From the NCBI GenBank assembly GCA_044892505.1, contig CM097882.1, forward strand, positions 499,162,001-499,226,000: DNA of 64,000 nt. The letters run 5' to 3'. A program made the translations under genes and the position numbers. The stretch is from Schmidtea nova (Eukaryota). This document shows, piece after piece, positions 24,110 to 37,475 of this stretch. Under the pieces are notes generated by a model. That model made no database searches, was not told where the DNA came from, and was given only the letters and a program-made list of their open reading frames with translations. Each line of letters starts with the position of its first letter. The stretch's first letter is position 1.

Positions 24110-24537
24110 GTTGAATCAGAAAAGCTTGATATTCTGTCATCGTTGCTTGTCAAATGATATCCATAAGCTAAGGATTAAATAGTCCAATTTTCGATATTCT
24201 TTTGCATGATTTCGATTTGACTCATATTCAAAATTCTCGGTTGAACCCATTTTACCATCAATTTCTCATTGACTTCATGTTCATCGGCTTCAACAGCTTT
24301 CGTTGTTGCTGCTGTCTTGACTACTTGACGAAATGCGTTCTTTTCTTCCTCGGAGAACGATTTGATATGATTAAACCATCTTAAAGCATGGAAACAGCAA
24401 TCTTTAATTGACGAGCATGCTTGAAACACTTCAACATCAGCAGTAGGTGAAGAATATCCATTGATATAGTTTTTATTGAACATATAATCGTTCAATTTTA
24501 ATTGACCGATATCGATTTTTAGATTACCAAATTCCAT
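24110..24537 (-). pseudogene. Intronless degenerate elongation factor 1-beta (eEF1B-alpha) copy
   Basis: MEFGNLK...LNDYMFNKNYINGYSSPTADVEVF...HALRWFNHIKSF matches the EF-1beta N-terminus. The GEF domain is degraded (LAYG...DDRI after a stop). Confidence 0.8.
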
Positions 24538-25164
24538 TTTTTCAAATTTAAAATCAAAATAGAAGATCTTTAATAATTTTTAATTCCTTCAAAAATTCAC
24601 AAAATTTAATTATAAGTAATTTAGACAAACAACGAAAATCAAATTGTCAAATAGTTCCAAATAAAAGAAAGCAGCCAAAATCAATTCTTATCACAAAATT
24701 CCAAAGAACTCGCACACAGACGCGAGTATTTTAATAAGGCACACACACGAATAAATTCAAAAAAACACACAAAACCAATCCAAATCCACACAGCGCAAAC
24801 CACTTGCCATTTGGTGAACGATATTTTACTATTTTGAAACATGAGTGTGCATTGAGGAATGTGAAGATTATAAAAACGAAATTTCTTCAAATATTCCTCA
24901 ACAACGTTGTTGTTGTAAATTTTTATGAAATTTTTTTATGTTATCGGTATTCGTAATGGTATTATTGAATCCTTTTTTTAAAAAAATTTTCCTTAGATTT
25001 CATTAACAAATAATAAGTAATAATTGTCTAAGAATATATTACTCGCTGTTGAAGAGGGTAACAATTAGTAATTTAACTGGTTGTTTTCTGGATTTGACTT
25101 AAATTTACTTGCTGAGCTCAACTCGGTTATTAATTGATATTACCGGATTTCACTTAAATGTCTG

Positions 25165-25990
25165 ATACACCCATACCTCGCTATAACGGCCCTCTTCAAT
25201 TAAGGCACGTTTTGATTTACGGCCTAAAATGTTTCGCTATAACGGCAAAAAAACTTTTTTTCGATGTCGATATATCTACATGTTGCAAATTTTACGCAAT
25301 CACAATCTCGATGAACTCTTTTCTATTTCCTCTTGTTTACGAGCGTTATTCAGTGTGTGCTCATAAAGCGGCTGGTTTAGACTTGTCTGTGAGTGTTTTA
25401 TGTTTTATGAAAATATTAACATTAAATTTTTACACACAGGTAAGTTTGTGTGTTCCTATAATATAATTTTATCGATTTTTTTAGATTATAGAAACTTTTA
25501 TCTTTCGGAATTAGGTGTATTTATTACTGATTGTTACACATTAACTGGAAAAATTGGAAACAATTAGGGACATTTTTTATACGTAAGTACATATGTATGT
25601 ATGTATAAATTAAATTTTTTTAATATGTATTTTTTTATTAAACTTATTTTATAATTTCATTATTTTTTAGACAAAATGCCACCGAAACGATTATTGACTT
25701 CGGAGACTAATAAAAAGAGATGCCGAAAATCAGTCACGCTAGGAACCAAACTAGAAGTATACGGAAGGCTAATAATCATCAAGGACAAACAACAGAGGCC
25801 TCAATGAGTGGTCTATTGGGGATACATCCCACGTTAGGAGTTTATGGAACTGGGTCTGACGATTGTGATGTCAATTCGGCCAATCAGAAGTTCTCAGGAG
25901 AAGTTGCTCAAATTCTCTATTTCCGATTTGCGAAGGAAGCCTCTTCTCGAGGGTTTGAAAATCCGACAGGTCTTTGCCAAAGACAATGAT
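25165..25990 (+). mobile_element. pogo/Tigger-like transposon 5' fragment
   Basis: Tigger-like end TA|CACCCATACCTCGCTATAACG. MPPKR...KKRCRKSVTLGTKLEV from 25677 resembles the CENP-B/psq HTH N-terminus; frameshifted. Confidence 0.55.
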
Positions 25991-26198
25991 CTAGTGTTTG
26001 ATTGCAATATTGATTAGCGCTTGTAGTTATAAATAAACATTGTGTTAATTTGATCGTAACTTTTGGATATTGAAACTTTTTTATTAGACTTGTAAAATTA
26101 AATTATGGTTTAAATCCGGCAGTCGGATAGCCTTTATGAATTATTAGAATTAAATCAAAGTTTAGATTTACTAAAATATGTCATTATTCCTCTCCAGC

Positions 26199-26780
26199 AT
26201 GAACGAACGCTTCAACCATCAAGCAGAACTGGAGAAGGCTCAGAGGATACGGAAGAGCCTAGAGAAGGATATAGAGCACTGCAAAGCGCAAGCGACCCGG
26301 TTCGAGATACAAAAGTAATACTTGAGACAAAAAAGGTTCATCCCTGCGCGGATGAAAGACCAGATTAGTCGCACTGAACGCGCCACGGCCGAAACAAAGA
26401 TAGAACTGGAGGCCACAAAGATAGAATTGTACAAGTGCTTGCACTCAGTACCCCCTCTCATTCATCGACGCAGAACTAAAGTCCTACATCCGTTACATTA
26501 CTTACCAACACTGGGCTACGGAACAAAAGTCCACTTGTTCGATAGGGACCTGCGTCAACGACTTGGCCGAGATCTCACCCTGTCCCCAGTTCAATCAACG
26601 GAGTCGTCCATGATGCCAGCACAGACAAATAAAAGGAAACGAATCGGATCAAATCGGAGAAGGTAGAAAAAACTTTTCTCCCAGCAGTTTATAGTGCAAG
26701 TCGATCGCTTGAACGATTTATCTGAATTGGATTTGCTCGTGGAAATCTTGCCATTAGTCGAAGACCCATCTAGTGTTCAT
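26199..26780 (+). pseudogene. Unit B coiled-coil protein (disrupted paralogue of 22227-22820)
   Basis: Acceptor CTCCAG before the ATG. ELEKAQRIRKSLEK...LEATKIELYKC, then frameshifted FIDAELKSYIRYITYQHW, then GSNRRR*KKLFSQQ and LNDLSELDLL. Confidence 0.75.
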
Positions 26781-26939
26781 AAACAATCAATGTATTGTAT
26801 ATTTCTGTTATGTTCATTTTTGTCATTAAGCAATAAAACGTAGAGAGGTTTTATTAAAACTGTTATAATACGACGATTCGTGTTTGTAGAAAACGATTTA
26901 TTACCAAAGATTTTAAAGAACAGAGTCAGTTAGTGAGAG

Positions 26940-27353
26940 CATATAGAGAGCGTAATTCCGTCTAACGGCCGCTGGAACCGGAAGTGAAAGGAAGAGTGGA
27001 GAGTAGTCTTTGCGAAAGGGCTTGCCAGTCCACTCGTCTTTCACCGTCGTACACAGTTCCAACATGGCCCCAGGGGGAATGGCCATCGGTGTGCGAGCGA
27101 GATGCATACATACTTATGTTAGGGTGTGAGTCACCTAGATTTCACACACCACGTCAAATTTTACGTCCACGCCACAACCCAGCAAAAGGTTTGAATTTTC
27201 GACGCTCACACTTTGCGGACATTCACCCATTTGTTGCATTACCAGCGTTACTTAGTTACGGACAACAAGAAATTTAAACTAATGTTTTGTATGTTGAGTT
27301 GTTTATAGAAGCCACATCAACGTCAACATCATATTGACGGTCAACCATCCACT
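26940..27353 (+). ncRNA. Unit B downstream structured RNA, continuing into a gag-leader-like segment
   Basis: GTGAAAG-GAGTGGA/TCCACTC-CTTTCAC stem with GAGTA / TTGCCAG loop and GCGA tetraloop; CGTACAC/GTGTGCG enclosing AGTTCCAA; CACCTAG. 27201-27353 is homologous to 10356-10509 (minus strand). Confidence 0.65.
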
Positions 27354-27429
27354 ACTGATATCGATTTACAATCGCTACCGTTTAAAATAATCGTAAATTT
27401 TATTTTATTTTTTGTAAATAGTTAAATTA

Positions 27430-29018
27430 TCATGCGCCAAGGAGATTTATAAAATGTCAAAATTAATTTGGTTTAATTTTGAATTTTTGAGGGAAACTTT
27501 CCAGGCTTTGTTTAATAATTATAAAATACTAAAGATGAATTTTATGCATTATCATCTTGTTATTTATGCAAGAAACCAAAATTATTATTAGTAAAGGATA
27601 ATGATCACTTTAGTGGAAAATATTTAGGACCAGCATGTAATAAATGTAATCTTTCAAGAAAAATAAAAACAAATCTGTGTGTTGTATTTCATAATTTGAG
27701 AGGTTATGATTTACATCACATTCTCAAGTATGATCTAAATAAATTTCCAAGTTTGAATATCAATGGTATTACGATTTCAAGTGAAAATTTGTTTAACATT
27801 AATTGTTAATTATAAGGAAATAACAATTAGTTTCATTGATTCGTACTAATTCGTTAACGACCCATTGGCAAAAGCAGTTTAAACTTTAAATGATTTACCG
27901 ATCGAGGTCAGAATTCATTGGAGTCATTATAGACACAAAAGGTATTTTCCCATACAAATTTGCCACAAGTTTGGATATATTGGAAACGACTACTTAATTA
28001 CTACCAATTTGGGAAGAAGTTTCTAATCAACAATTCCGTATCAAATCACTGATTCATAATACTTTGGAACTATGGTATTCCTGGTATGTCTTGGGTATCT
28101 ACATTAATGACATTATCCGAACCTATTGAACTTCTACAAGATAACCATATAATTTCATATAATTTTTATGAAGGTGGAATACGTGGATGTCTAACATTTG
28201 TTAATAAACCCTACGTTAAAACATCAGAAAATACCGAATTATTATAAATTAATAAAAGTAATTTGTATGGTTGGGCACTAAGACAAAGTCTGCCATATAG
28301 CGATTTTTAGTGGGTACATGACGATAAATATTTATCTGATATATTGGAAGAATGTATTAACTCAAATATAACATCACCTTCATATTGATGCACTAAAGAA
28401 GTCGATATGGTCATACCAGAAGAATTACATGATACTCTTGATGATTTACAGATAACAGCAAAGAAAATGTGACCTCCAAATTCGAAGGTTGAGAAACTTA
28501 TGTTAAATCTTACACAAAATACAACAATATCATACATTGTAGATTACTAAAATTAATTTATCATTAGGAGTTCAAGTAACAATGATACATCGTACAGTCA
28601 AATTTAAACAAGCACCAATTTTCAAGCAAAATATATATTGACACAAATACACAAATGCGTGCAGAATCAACAAATCCTCTTGACAAAAATTATTATAAAC
28701 TATTGAATAATATTTTGTATGAAAAAAACAATAGAAAATCTAAAGAAAAAAATGAATCTTAGATTGTGTACCACCAAGTCAAAAATTGTATATATGCATC
28801 AAAACCAACGTTAAAAAACAATAAAAATTGAAGATAATCTGATTGTTGCATTATTATATAAATATATCACGTGTTTAGATAGATCGAGTTATATTGGACA
28901 AACAGCGCTTGATTTATCAAAGTTCACATGTATGAACTAGAATATCAAGAACTTGAAAAATATCGAAAAAAGTTTAGTTGTGATATTAATATAGTTACAG
29001 GAGATACTGATAGCTTTT
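27430..29018 (+). pseudogene. Polinton/Maverick protein-primed DNA polymerase B, N-terminal part
   Basis: DHFSGKYLGPACNKCNL, VVFHNLRGYDLHHI, GGIRG, SNLYGWALRQSLP and GDTDSFL motifs; many stops and frameshifts. Confidence 0.85.
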
Positions 29019-30066
29019 TGTTAGATAGAGAAATCGTAGATGTATTTGAGTTGGATGAAGACTATAGCATAGGGACAAATAGATACAGGCCTAATATACA
29101 TATTGATCCATCCAATAACAATATCTCTCCCGATGAAAAGAACAATCTACCATCATAACAATCTGTTATTCAGATAACAATCTATTTCATCTTTTTGACA
29201 ATTTTATTGTGTGACCAATTTATTCATCTTTGGGAATTATATAACAATCTATCTCATCTTTAAAATTATGATGACATCCTTATAATTGTATCAATTTAGC
29301 TTGTGTGATTTATTTTAGTAATTTTATATTTTGATATAATTAATTTAATGAGGGTATATGATGGGGAAATATGTATATATACATACATATATAAATGTTT
29401 ATGTAGGGTTAAATTGTAAAGTTTGTTTTTATATCGAGGATGGTTGTGTATTGTGTGATAGACTTATAGTAAAATGCTTTTTTATTAATATTTGTGTCGA
29501 TAATGAATGAGAGTTGTGTGAGGGAGATACTGAAGAGCCCAAGAGAGTCACCGATTTATGTTGGGACACTCGGGGTGCTTGCTATGTATTTGTGTGATTG
29601 CGTGCTTTCGTGCGTAGGTGAATGCACTAACAAATAACAAAAAACAAACTTTCAACTAATTCGTTTATTCAAAGTATAACAAAAAAATTTCAACTTAAGT
29701 TAAAAACGAGTACTCACGTATAGAATGTAAATATAGAATGTCAATCAATATAGAATGTAAATACCAAAAGAATGGGCATGTCGTTTATTTGTTTTATCTG
29801 CTTTATTCATTTTTAAATTCCACTCCTGTTAATTTTAGTCCTTGACCATTCTTTTAAATTTAACTTTTAATTTTTTATCAATTTTTTTATTGATTTTGTT
29901 TTTAATAATAATTATTCTTATTATTAAAGGCATAATTGCCACAATTAACCACATTAAAAAAGGGGGGGTTCTCCTGTGTCCGCAAGGACGCCCTTATTTA
30001 AAAACACTACAGCAGAGATCACAATAATAATCATAATGAAGATAATAATAAAAAATATACAACATT

Positions 30067-30099
<33 letters not shown>

Positions 30100-31455
30100 A
30101 CGATTTAATCCAGGGAAAATACAATTTATATATTTCGACAAATTCCTTATTCTCATCATAAAAGAATACTCAAAAACCCCCAGGCATATATATTTGAATT
30201 AATTAAACCATCTAGAGGCTAATTAATTATAAAAAAATATTGTTATAAATATTTTTATAGACGTTAGGTGTCATTACAATTTACTTTGCTCTTTAATAGA
30301 AGAACAGCACTTCAAGTGCAAACAAGAGGGCAAATACGAATTGCCATTAATTTCTAATCAATAAATATTCAACTTTAATCTCACATTATTCGAAATATAA
30401 AAACTAAGGTGATTCTTTTATGGGATTTTTCAAACAATTCTTGTTTTTGATGAGGTCTTATTATTGGTATGTATTATTATTATAAATATTATTATTGATT
30501 ATTGTATTAATTATTGGTTANNNNNNNNNNNNNNNNNNNNNNNNNNNNNNNNNNNNNNNNNNNNNNNNNNNNNNNNNNNNNNNNNNNNNNNNNNNNNNNN
30601 NNNNNNNNNNNNNNNNNNNNNNNNNNNNNNNNNNNNNNNNNNNNNNNNNNNNNNNNNNNNNNNNNNNNNNNNNNNNNNNNNNCTAAATGCTCGTTTGAAG
30701 GCAAAAAGGATGACATTGAACAGCGTAGGCATAAAAGATCAGGTGTATATTGACTGTTACAATGGAAATACAATACCAAAGGTAATTTCGCTNNNNNNNN
30801 NNNNNNNNNNNNNNNNNNNNNNNNNNNNNNNNNNNNNNNNNNNNNNNNNNNNNNNNNNNNNNNNNNNNNNNNNNNNNNNNNNNNNNNNNNNNNNNNNNNN
30901 NNNNNNNNNNNNNNNNNNNNNNNNNNNNNNNNNNNNNNNNNNNNNNNNNNNNNNNNNNNNNNNNNNNNNNNNNNNNNNNNNCTAAAGGCTCGCTATTGTC
31001 TTTTGAGAGCAAACAAAAGGCACTTACTGCCAGAAAAGATAAGTACTAAGTGCTCAAAAATAAACACGACACATTTTGTGCAAACTATTTTTTTAAAATA
31101 TAAAATAAAGTGTGTTGACACTCGAAATGGAGTGTCAACAAAAATTTGATAGATAAGTAGACTGATTTCTCAGTCAAAACCACCCTTAAAATCTTGTAAT
31201 CTAAGAAGAGTTACAATTTCGGTAGACGACATTTGTAACATAAATTAGAGCATACAATATTTACACATTCGAGCTCAGGAAACTGCAAACACTTATATAC
31301 ATATACACAAAAAATTCAAAATTATTATATTTTTGGGGTAATTGTTATTTTTATTAAATTTGTAATTGTTATAATTAAATAAAATTTTAAAGAACCAGTC
31401 TTTGTTTTTTTATTTATATAAGAAACATCAAGTTGAGATTCTCGCAACCTCAACA
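29019..31455 (+). mobile_element. Solo LTR of the long-LTR family (with gaps and probable nested material), inserted in pPolB
   Basis: Starts TGTTAG and ends CCTCAACA, with TTTT on both sides. Shares 5' (ATAGGG.CA.ATAGATA) and 3' (CAGTCAAA.CCACCC, GAGCATACAA, GAGCTCAG, GTTGAGATTCT) blocks with the other two LTRs. Confidence 0.75.
30521..30981. other. Two assembly gaps (30521-30682, 30793-30981) around a 110-bp island
   Basis: N runs. Most of the island repeats ~31680-31770. Confidence 0.95.
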
Positions 31456-31790
31456 TTTTTCTAGAATGTAAAAATATAAATTTACAAAAGCTGTTTGCAG
31501 CAATGATTATCAATAAGTTACTGGATACATCAGATTATGATCCGTCACACCCTCTACTCAAAAATGTTGAATTCTGTTATCAGAAAGTTCAAAGATGAAG
31601 GTAAGTGCAACGGATATAAAGTGGATTATTTTACGACCGATGTGTTATAGCCTATTGTCAAACGATACTAATAAAATTATGAAGGCAAAAAGGATGACAT
31701 TGAACAGCGTAGGCATAAAAGATCAGGTGTATATTGACTGTTACAATGGAAATACAATACCAAAGGTAATTTTGTTAAATTTATTTAAAT
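31456..31790 (+). pseudogene. Polinton/Maverick pPolB, C-terminal part
   Basis: LDTSDYDPSHPLYSK...KFKDEG...LRPMCYS...MKAK resumes where GDTDSFL was interrupted. Confidence 0.8.
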
Positions 31791-33345
31791 TTTTCTAAAC
31801 AAGACCAACGATGGAAAAATGATTGAAACACTAGTGAAGTTATCCAAGAGTTTATAAACATTGTGCAGGGCTGGCAGAACCATAACCGTAACGTAAAATT
31901 AGACCAATAATAAAAAATAATTAGAAGGATTAAGTGAAATAAAAAGATAAAGAAATAAACAATGAATGTATAAAGAAAAGAAAAAAATAATTAAGAATAA
32001 CCTAATAAATTAATATTAAAAGAATAGCTAATAAAGAGCAAAGAAAAATGGTAAATCTCCCAAAAGAAAAATAAAATAGAGAGGAAAATAATAAAATAAA
32101 AATTAGAATTAGTTTAGAAAATTTAATTAATTAGAAAAAGTTCTAATTCATTGTAAGGATAAAATAAATTTAATTGGTTACATATAACACAATAAAACTT
32201 ACAAATTGCGGGGTGGAATTGCTCTGATTTGCCAGCTCAGCCACGAAAATAATATAAAAGGAACTGACCAAATCACAGATGAAGACTTATTAATTAGTTT
32301 ACTTATTACTAATACTACTTTTATTACGATTAAGCATCTATCTAATTTTGACTAATTGAACATAGAATTTGCATTATGAATTCGATCGTCGTAAAATAAA
32401 GTAATTTTCGGTTGAATTTTGTAACTTTTTTATTTGGGGTAAACACTCATATTTTCCCCCACATCAATAAATAATCAAGAGGTTGTCGGAGCCAGCCACG
32501 AGCTCCCAACAGGTTATATACTCGATTCGCAAGGTAAATCCGGGTTTTCAACAGTTGTTCCGAAGTAATAAATAGTTACTCTGAAATTTTTTAGGCTTAA
32601 CCGTCTTCAATTTTCTAGCTGATGGGGAATCTTAATTTCTAAGTGTGGATCAGAAAGTGGATATCGAGATTGGGAGACGAGAAAAGATGCTCAAGGAAAC
32701 AGTGAAATTTTTGAGGGGTGGGTACGTAGAGAACACACTTTTGTAGTGAGAATTTAGTGATGTCATTGGCAGTGTGACTTGAATTTTTTTTAACAGACCA
32801 TAAACTAGATAAACAAAGGCATTGTATTACCTATATAATTAAGCAAACCGAGTCAATGATTTAAAAGATACTGCAGTTGTTACACAAGTAATTTCATGGC
32901 ACGTAAACTTATGCAAATAAGCCACTAATAGTATACTGAAAATTCGTATCACACTATCTAAGAACGCTACCAACTAAAGTTTTGTGTTCATCATAAAAAT
33001 TTGTATATTAATTAACCACGGTCGAGAAATTAACATAATTATTACAATTCGAAATGTAAACCATACGTACGATAAATCCTGCATAAATTAGACCAATCTC
33101 TGTATAATTAATTAGATGAGACGAGGCTGATAATAATATACCTTAACTATATCGTGATAGACACTCAACATGGACGGCCGATTTAGCAATTATGAGCGTT
33201 GAGAAGTTCTGGAGAAAATCGAGCGAATCGTAGATGGAATTTCCAGTATAACGCTGTTTCCACCAAATACGCCCAAATGCATTCCTTAATTTGAAACCCA
33301 GATAAGTTGTTTTAGTGTATTATTATCCTACAGTGACTACGATAA

Positions 33346-33858
33346 ATGGGGAAAAATCTACACTTATGCAAAATGCGCTATGCAGGAGAAAGCATGAAAA
33401 CAGGCAGCAGTAGGCAGGTTAAAAAGGAGAATTTTGGATCTAGAGAATTCATGGAGAATTCACCAATACAGATGAAGGAGGCCAAAACTAAAGCCGAGAG
33501 ACTCAAATCAGCAAACAGTGAATTGACAACCGAATTGCAAGCTTCCAGAATAGAGCTGAACAACTGCAAGAAATGAATAAACCGAGAGTTCATTGAGCAA
33601 GAGTTGAAGGGAAGAATCAGACCCCTAACGTTTGAAAGATGGGTTCCAAATTGTTCTTTGACCGAATTGGAGAAATCCATCATCCAAGTAATGAACCAAA
33701 CCCAAATGGCATGTAAACTTTCTGGACCCAGAGGAAAGAAAATACGAAAGTTATGAAGAGAGCGTGATCACCAATTCGAATTGAAATTGACGAAACAAGT
33801 GGAATACTTAGATGGTCTGGACTAGATTGATTTATTTGACGAAATCACCCTCTTGTAA
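33346..33858 (+). pseudogene. Unit C coiled-coil protein (diverged, three in-frame stops)
   Basis: Acceptor CCTACAG upstream. LQASRIELNNCKK*INREFIEQELKGRIRPLTFERW...GPRGKKIRK...YLDGLD*IDLFDE. Downstream region ends GCCCTAG at 34181. Confidence 0.65.
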
Positions 33859-34199
33859 TGGTATATACCCAATATACTCTTCTATGTTTAAATCCGTTTT
33901 TTGTGCCTTAGTTTAACTCCGTAATTTAGCTTAAATAGCAGATCATTCCGCGAAGCTCGACAACTAAATATTTTCTCTTGAGTGGCGTACCAGTCTTGAA
34001 AGTAGAACTGCCTAAATCAGTGACCAGAAGGACATGTTAGTAATTGAGTGATAAACGGATCACTCTAATCACAGATACCGTAATGAACACTACCAAACTG
34101 TTTACTTGGTGTAATCATGGGTACACATACGATGTTAAATGTAAAGTCTTGCAGTTAATTGTGTAGTCTATTTAGCCCTAGATACATCTTGTTCACTAC

Positions 34200-34380
34200 C
34201 AACTAACCAACACGTCTTTGGCTGTTTTCATATCGAATCTACCTATTCGCATAAGTATCGGTAATGCAAATCTACCTATTGCTTTCAACCATCCTGAACA
34301 ATATTGCTTACATACAAAATATGATAACTCACCACCATTTTGGCTATTAATAAAAATTGAAACTATATCTGAAACTATAT
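34200..34380 (-). pseudogene. Polinton/adintovirus small core-like protein remnant
   Basis: QNGGELSYFVCKQY..GWLKAIGRFALPILMRIG..MKTAKDVL resembles the Q.GG...F.G.....G....L.R.A.P.L...A.DVL core-protein pattern. Confidence 0.5.
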
Positions 34381-34439
34381 TTGAAAATGTAATGTTAAAT
34401 GAATTTTTAAATCTTTTGGGAAGTTTATCAGTTTTCCAC

Positions 34440-35330
34440 TATCACAAATATTAATTTCTATATTGTTTTTACATGATGTTCAAATAGGTAAATACATTAG
34501 ATTTTCTACTTGAATTTGTACAACTTCATCTTGCTCATGTTTTTCAATCCATATTTATTTCAATAAAGGAATAACCAACAATTATAGTTTCAACAATATT
34601 GTTATAAATAAACATTTGTTGATGAAATTTAATTATTTTTAAGAATACTTTACGTTTATGAATAACGCTTTTCACAAATGTGACTTGCGAAAATCCAAGT
34701 GTTTTATCAACATTAAGTGTAAATTTAAAAATTTCATCTTTTCCTAATTATATAATGCTCAATATTTTGAACCAATTTTTACAAGATAATTTTTTAATTC
34801 TGTAATATTAGACAAATATAAATTATCATCAAATGCATCATCAAACACGTTTCATTTCGATATCTGAAATAACTGTAAATTTTATATTGGTAAGTAATTA
34901 TCGACCTTTTTTAAATCTGGAAGTTTTATTTTATACATGTTAGTATTTTATAAAACATTCAATCTTGGAAATCCTATATGCTTTGCATGTACCATATTAT
35001 CTACTTTAATTTCAAAAGGAATATTTTGACAACTTATATACAAGTAGAATTTATCAATGCAAAGTTGTACATGATTATCTATTGGGTTTGCTACATCACA
35101 AGCATGTTTAACATTATCAATTATCTAGTATCTTTTACTACCTTTTTGTTCACAAGCTTTGAGTTAATATAAAACGGGAAAAGATTATATACAAATGTAA
35201 AATCCAACAAGGCTGCTTTTCATTCTCCTTTAATGTAGATAGGATTTTGAAATTCAATCTTAAATTCATTGGCATTATTATTTGGATGAATAAGTGAACA
35301 ACTATTGTTTGGTAAGTGTATAAAAATCAT
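34440..35330 (-). pseudogene. Polinton/Maverick penton (minor capsid protein) remnant
   Basis: MIFIHLPNNS...HPNNANEFKIEFQNPIYIKGE*KAALLDF at the N-terminus; MFIYNNIVETIIVG and VENLMYLPI...IEINICD near the C-terminus. Confidence 0.65.
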
Positions 35331-36705
35331 TTTAATGATATTCAGGAAGAGTTTTTATATTCATGCTACTTATTGGTAATAATTTGTAAAAATTGTTTAA
35401 CGTATGAATGCAATATTTTTATTTTTATTTATAAATGGTAATAAATTGTTACTTTATGCATGAATAGAATGGTGAGAAATTTCCAAAAATATCTAGAAAA
35501 AAACATCTGCAGGAGCTACTTGCCCACAAGATCCGTCAATGTCCAAAAATGGAAGCGACAATAGTTCAACCTGAATAAAATGAATCATGCGCAGAAAAAA
35601 ATAAAATGTTAATGAAAAAAGCCACCGAAGACTAGGAAGAAGGTAAATTTGACGGACAAAGAATATAAGCTGAACTTGACATAAGTAAATCAGGATATAT
35701 CAAGGGCAATTCAGCCATTTGTGTACAAGCATATTACATTTATTCTCGCAAAACAACAGATCTGAATTAACCAAAACTTGTAACAGAAAAAGAAATGTAA
35801 GTCAAGAAAGGTTGATAGAGCAAATGTGAAGCGACGAATTAAAATGAAGTCAAAATATTATAGTATAAAAAATATTAAAAAAATATAACATTTGCAATGA
35901 TGCAAATAATTTTTAACACTTCGTTGTATTTTAATTGTGGTGAATTAGAGCTATGTGATTTTTGATGGGAATGTCACGAGAAGTTTATCAATTTACTTAT
36001 AATTTAAATTAATATTTCCTAGATGACAAGCCCGTCAAAAACTATAGGTATAAGGATTTAAAGTGGCAAATTAATTTTAAAGTATGTGACTATGCAAAAA
36101 ACATGTAAAATTGTTCTGATAACTAATGATAACGAATACACACATCGAGTCGTAGGAAAGAAATTAAATCATTTTAGAATTAATCGGTTTAATATATTCC
36201 TATATATTTGAATTATTGCGAACTTATGCGATGAAATACTAAAATTTCTAAGAATTTCTCTTCATGTTGATTCATAAGTCTGTGAGAGAATTTTATGCAC
36301 ACATCATTAAAATGAGAAAGAAGATGTTTAGGTGGACACCAAAAAATTAGTATAAATATGACGCTACAAATCAGATTTATAGATTAGAATTACCAACTAA
36401 GTTACCTATATCAGCAAAACGCTGCTTAAATTTTTTTTGACAATTCTATGACTAGAAAGTGCTTGTCATTTTCTGTGTAATGGTAATTTTATAGCATTTA
36501 AAAATTGGCCTTAAAATGAAAAAAATAGAATTTTATAATTATAAACTAAATTAGTTAAAATAGAAATCATAATTAAACAATTACTAAAAATAAATTTTAG
36601 TTATTTTTGGTAATAAATAATAATGAATTATCTAAAATTAGTAATTTTAAAATTACTAAATTTACATAACCCTTTTTTAGAATACCTTAGTACAGGGTTT
36701 ACAAG

Positions 36706-36840
36706 GTAAAAAATCATTTTGTAAAATAAAAAAATCACTTTGTAAAATAAAAAAATCGTTTTGCAGAATAAAAAAATCACTTTGTAAAATAAAAAAATCA
36801 TTTTGTATTTAAAAAAAATCATTATGTATAATAAAAAAAC
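36706..36840. repeat. ~21-bp tandem repeat (AAAAAATCA(T/C)TTTGTAAAATA-like), about 6 units
   Basis: Visible period-21 repeat upstream of the Tc1-like ORF; possibly a subterminal repeat. Confidence 0.75.
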
Positions 36841-36986
36841 CACTCCGCAAAGAAATATTTTAGAATGTAAAAGAACAAAATATTCATAAATGCATTATTA
36901 ACATAAACATTTTTAACTATTATTTAATAAATTTAATACTGTAATATTAAATTGCAATCGTTCAATATAGTGATTTTTAAACCCAT

Positions 36987-37475
36987 ATGGCTACCTACAC
37001 ATCCCGTAAAAAACAACTATCTAGCGAAAGCAGAGCGTCGATATGTCAAAAATATCAGTCCGGCAAATCCATAGTGACAATTTCTCGTGAACTTGATCTC
37101 CCATATAAAGCAGTAGCAAATATAGTGCGAATTTTCAGAACCATCGGAAGAATATACGCCAAGAAAACGAGAATAGCCAAGATTCCACTGATTTCAGCCG
37201 AAAATAAAGAATTCATCAGGCAGGAAAATGACAGAGATGTTAGCATCACGTTAAATCAGTTGCAGGATCGATTGAGAGTTCATAAGGGTGTCTCGGCGTC
37301 ATTGTCAACAATAAATAATGCCATACTGTCGTTCTCTTATACCCTAAAACGCGTGAAATTTGTTGCGGAGAGAAGCCAATCGACTTCAATTACGGAGGCC
37401 CGGTTTCATTATGCCAATGAATTTTTACTGTTGAATGAAGAAAAAGTTATTTATTTTGATCAATTTGTAAAATAA
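36987..37475 (+). pseudogene. IS630/Tc1/mariner-family transposase N-terminal half
   Basis: Two HTH-like segments (GKSIVTISRELDLPYKAVANIVRIF; ITLNQLQDRL...SASLSTINN) then ARFHYA...KVIYFD, ending at the first catalytic Asp. Confidence 0.75.

Noticed and set aside
30683-30792. Apparent duplication of a pPolB segment inside the LTR
   Set aside because: It is a 110-bp island between two N-gaps, largely identical to ~31680-31770; most likely a scaffolding or gap-filling artefact.
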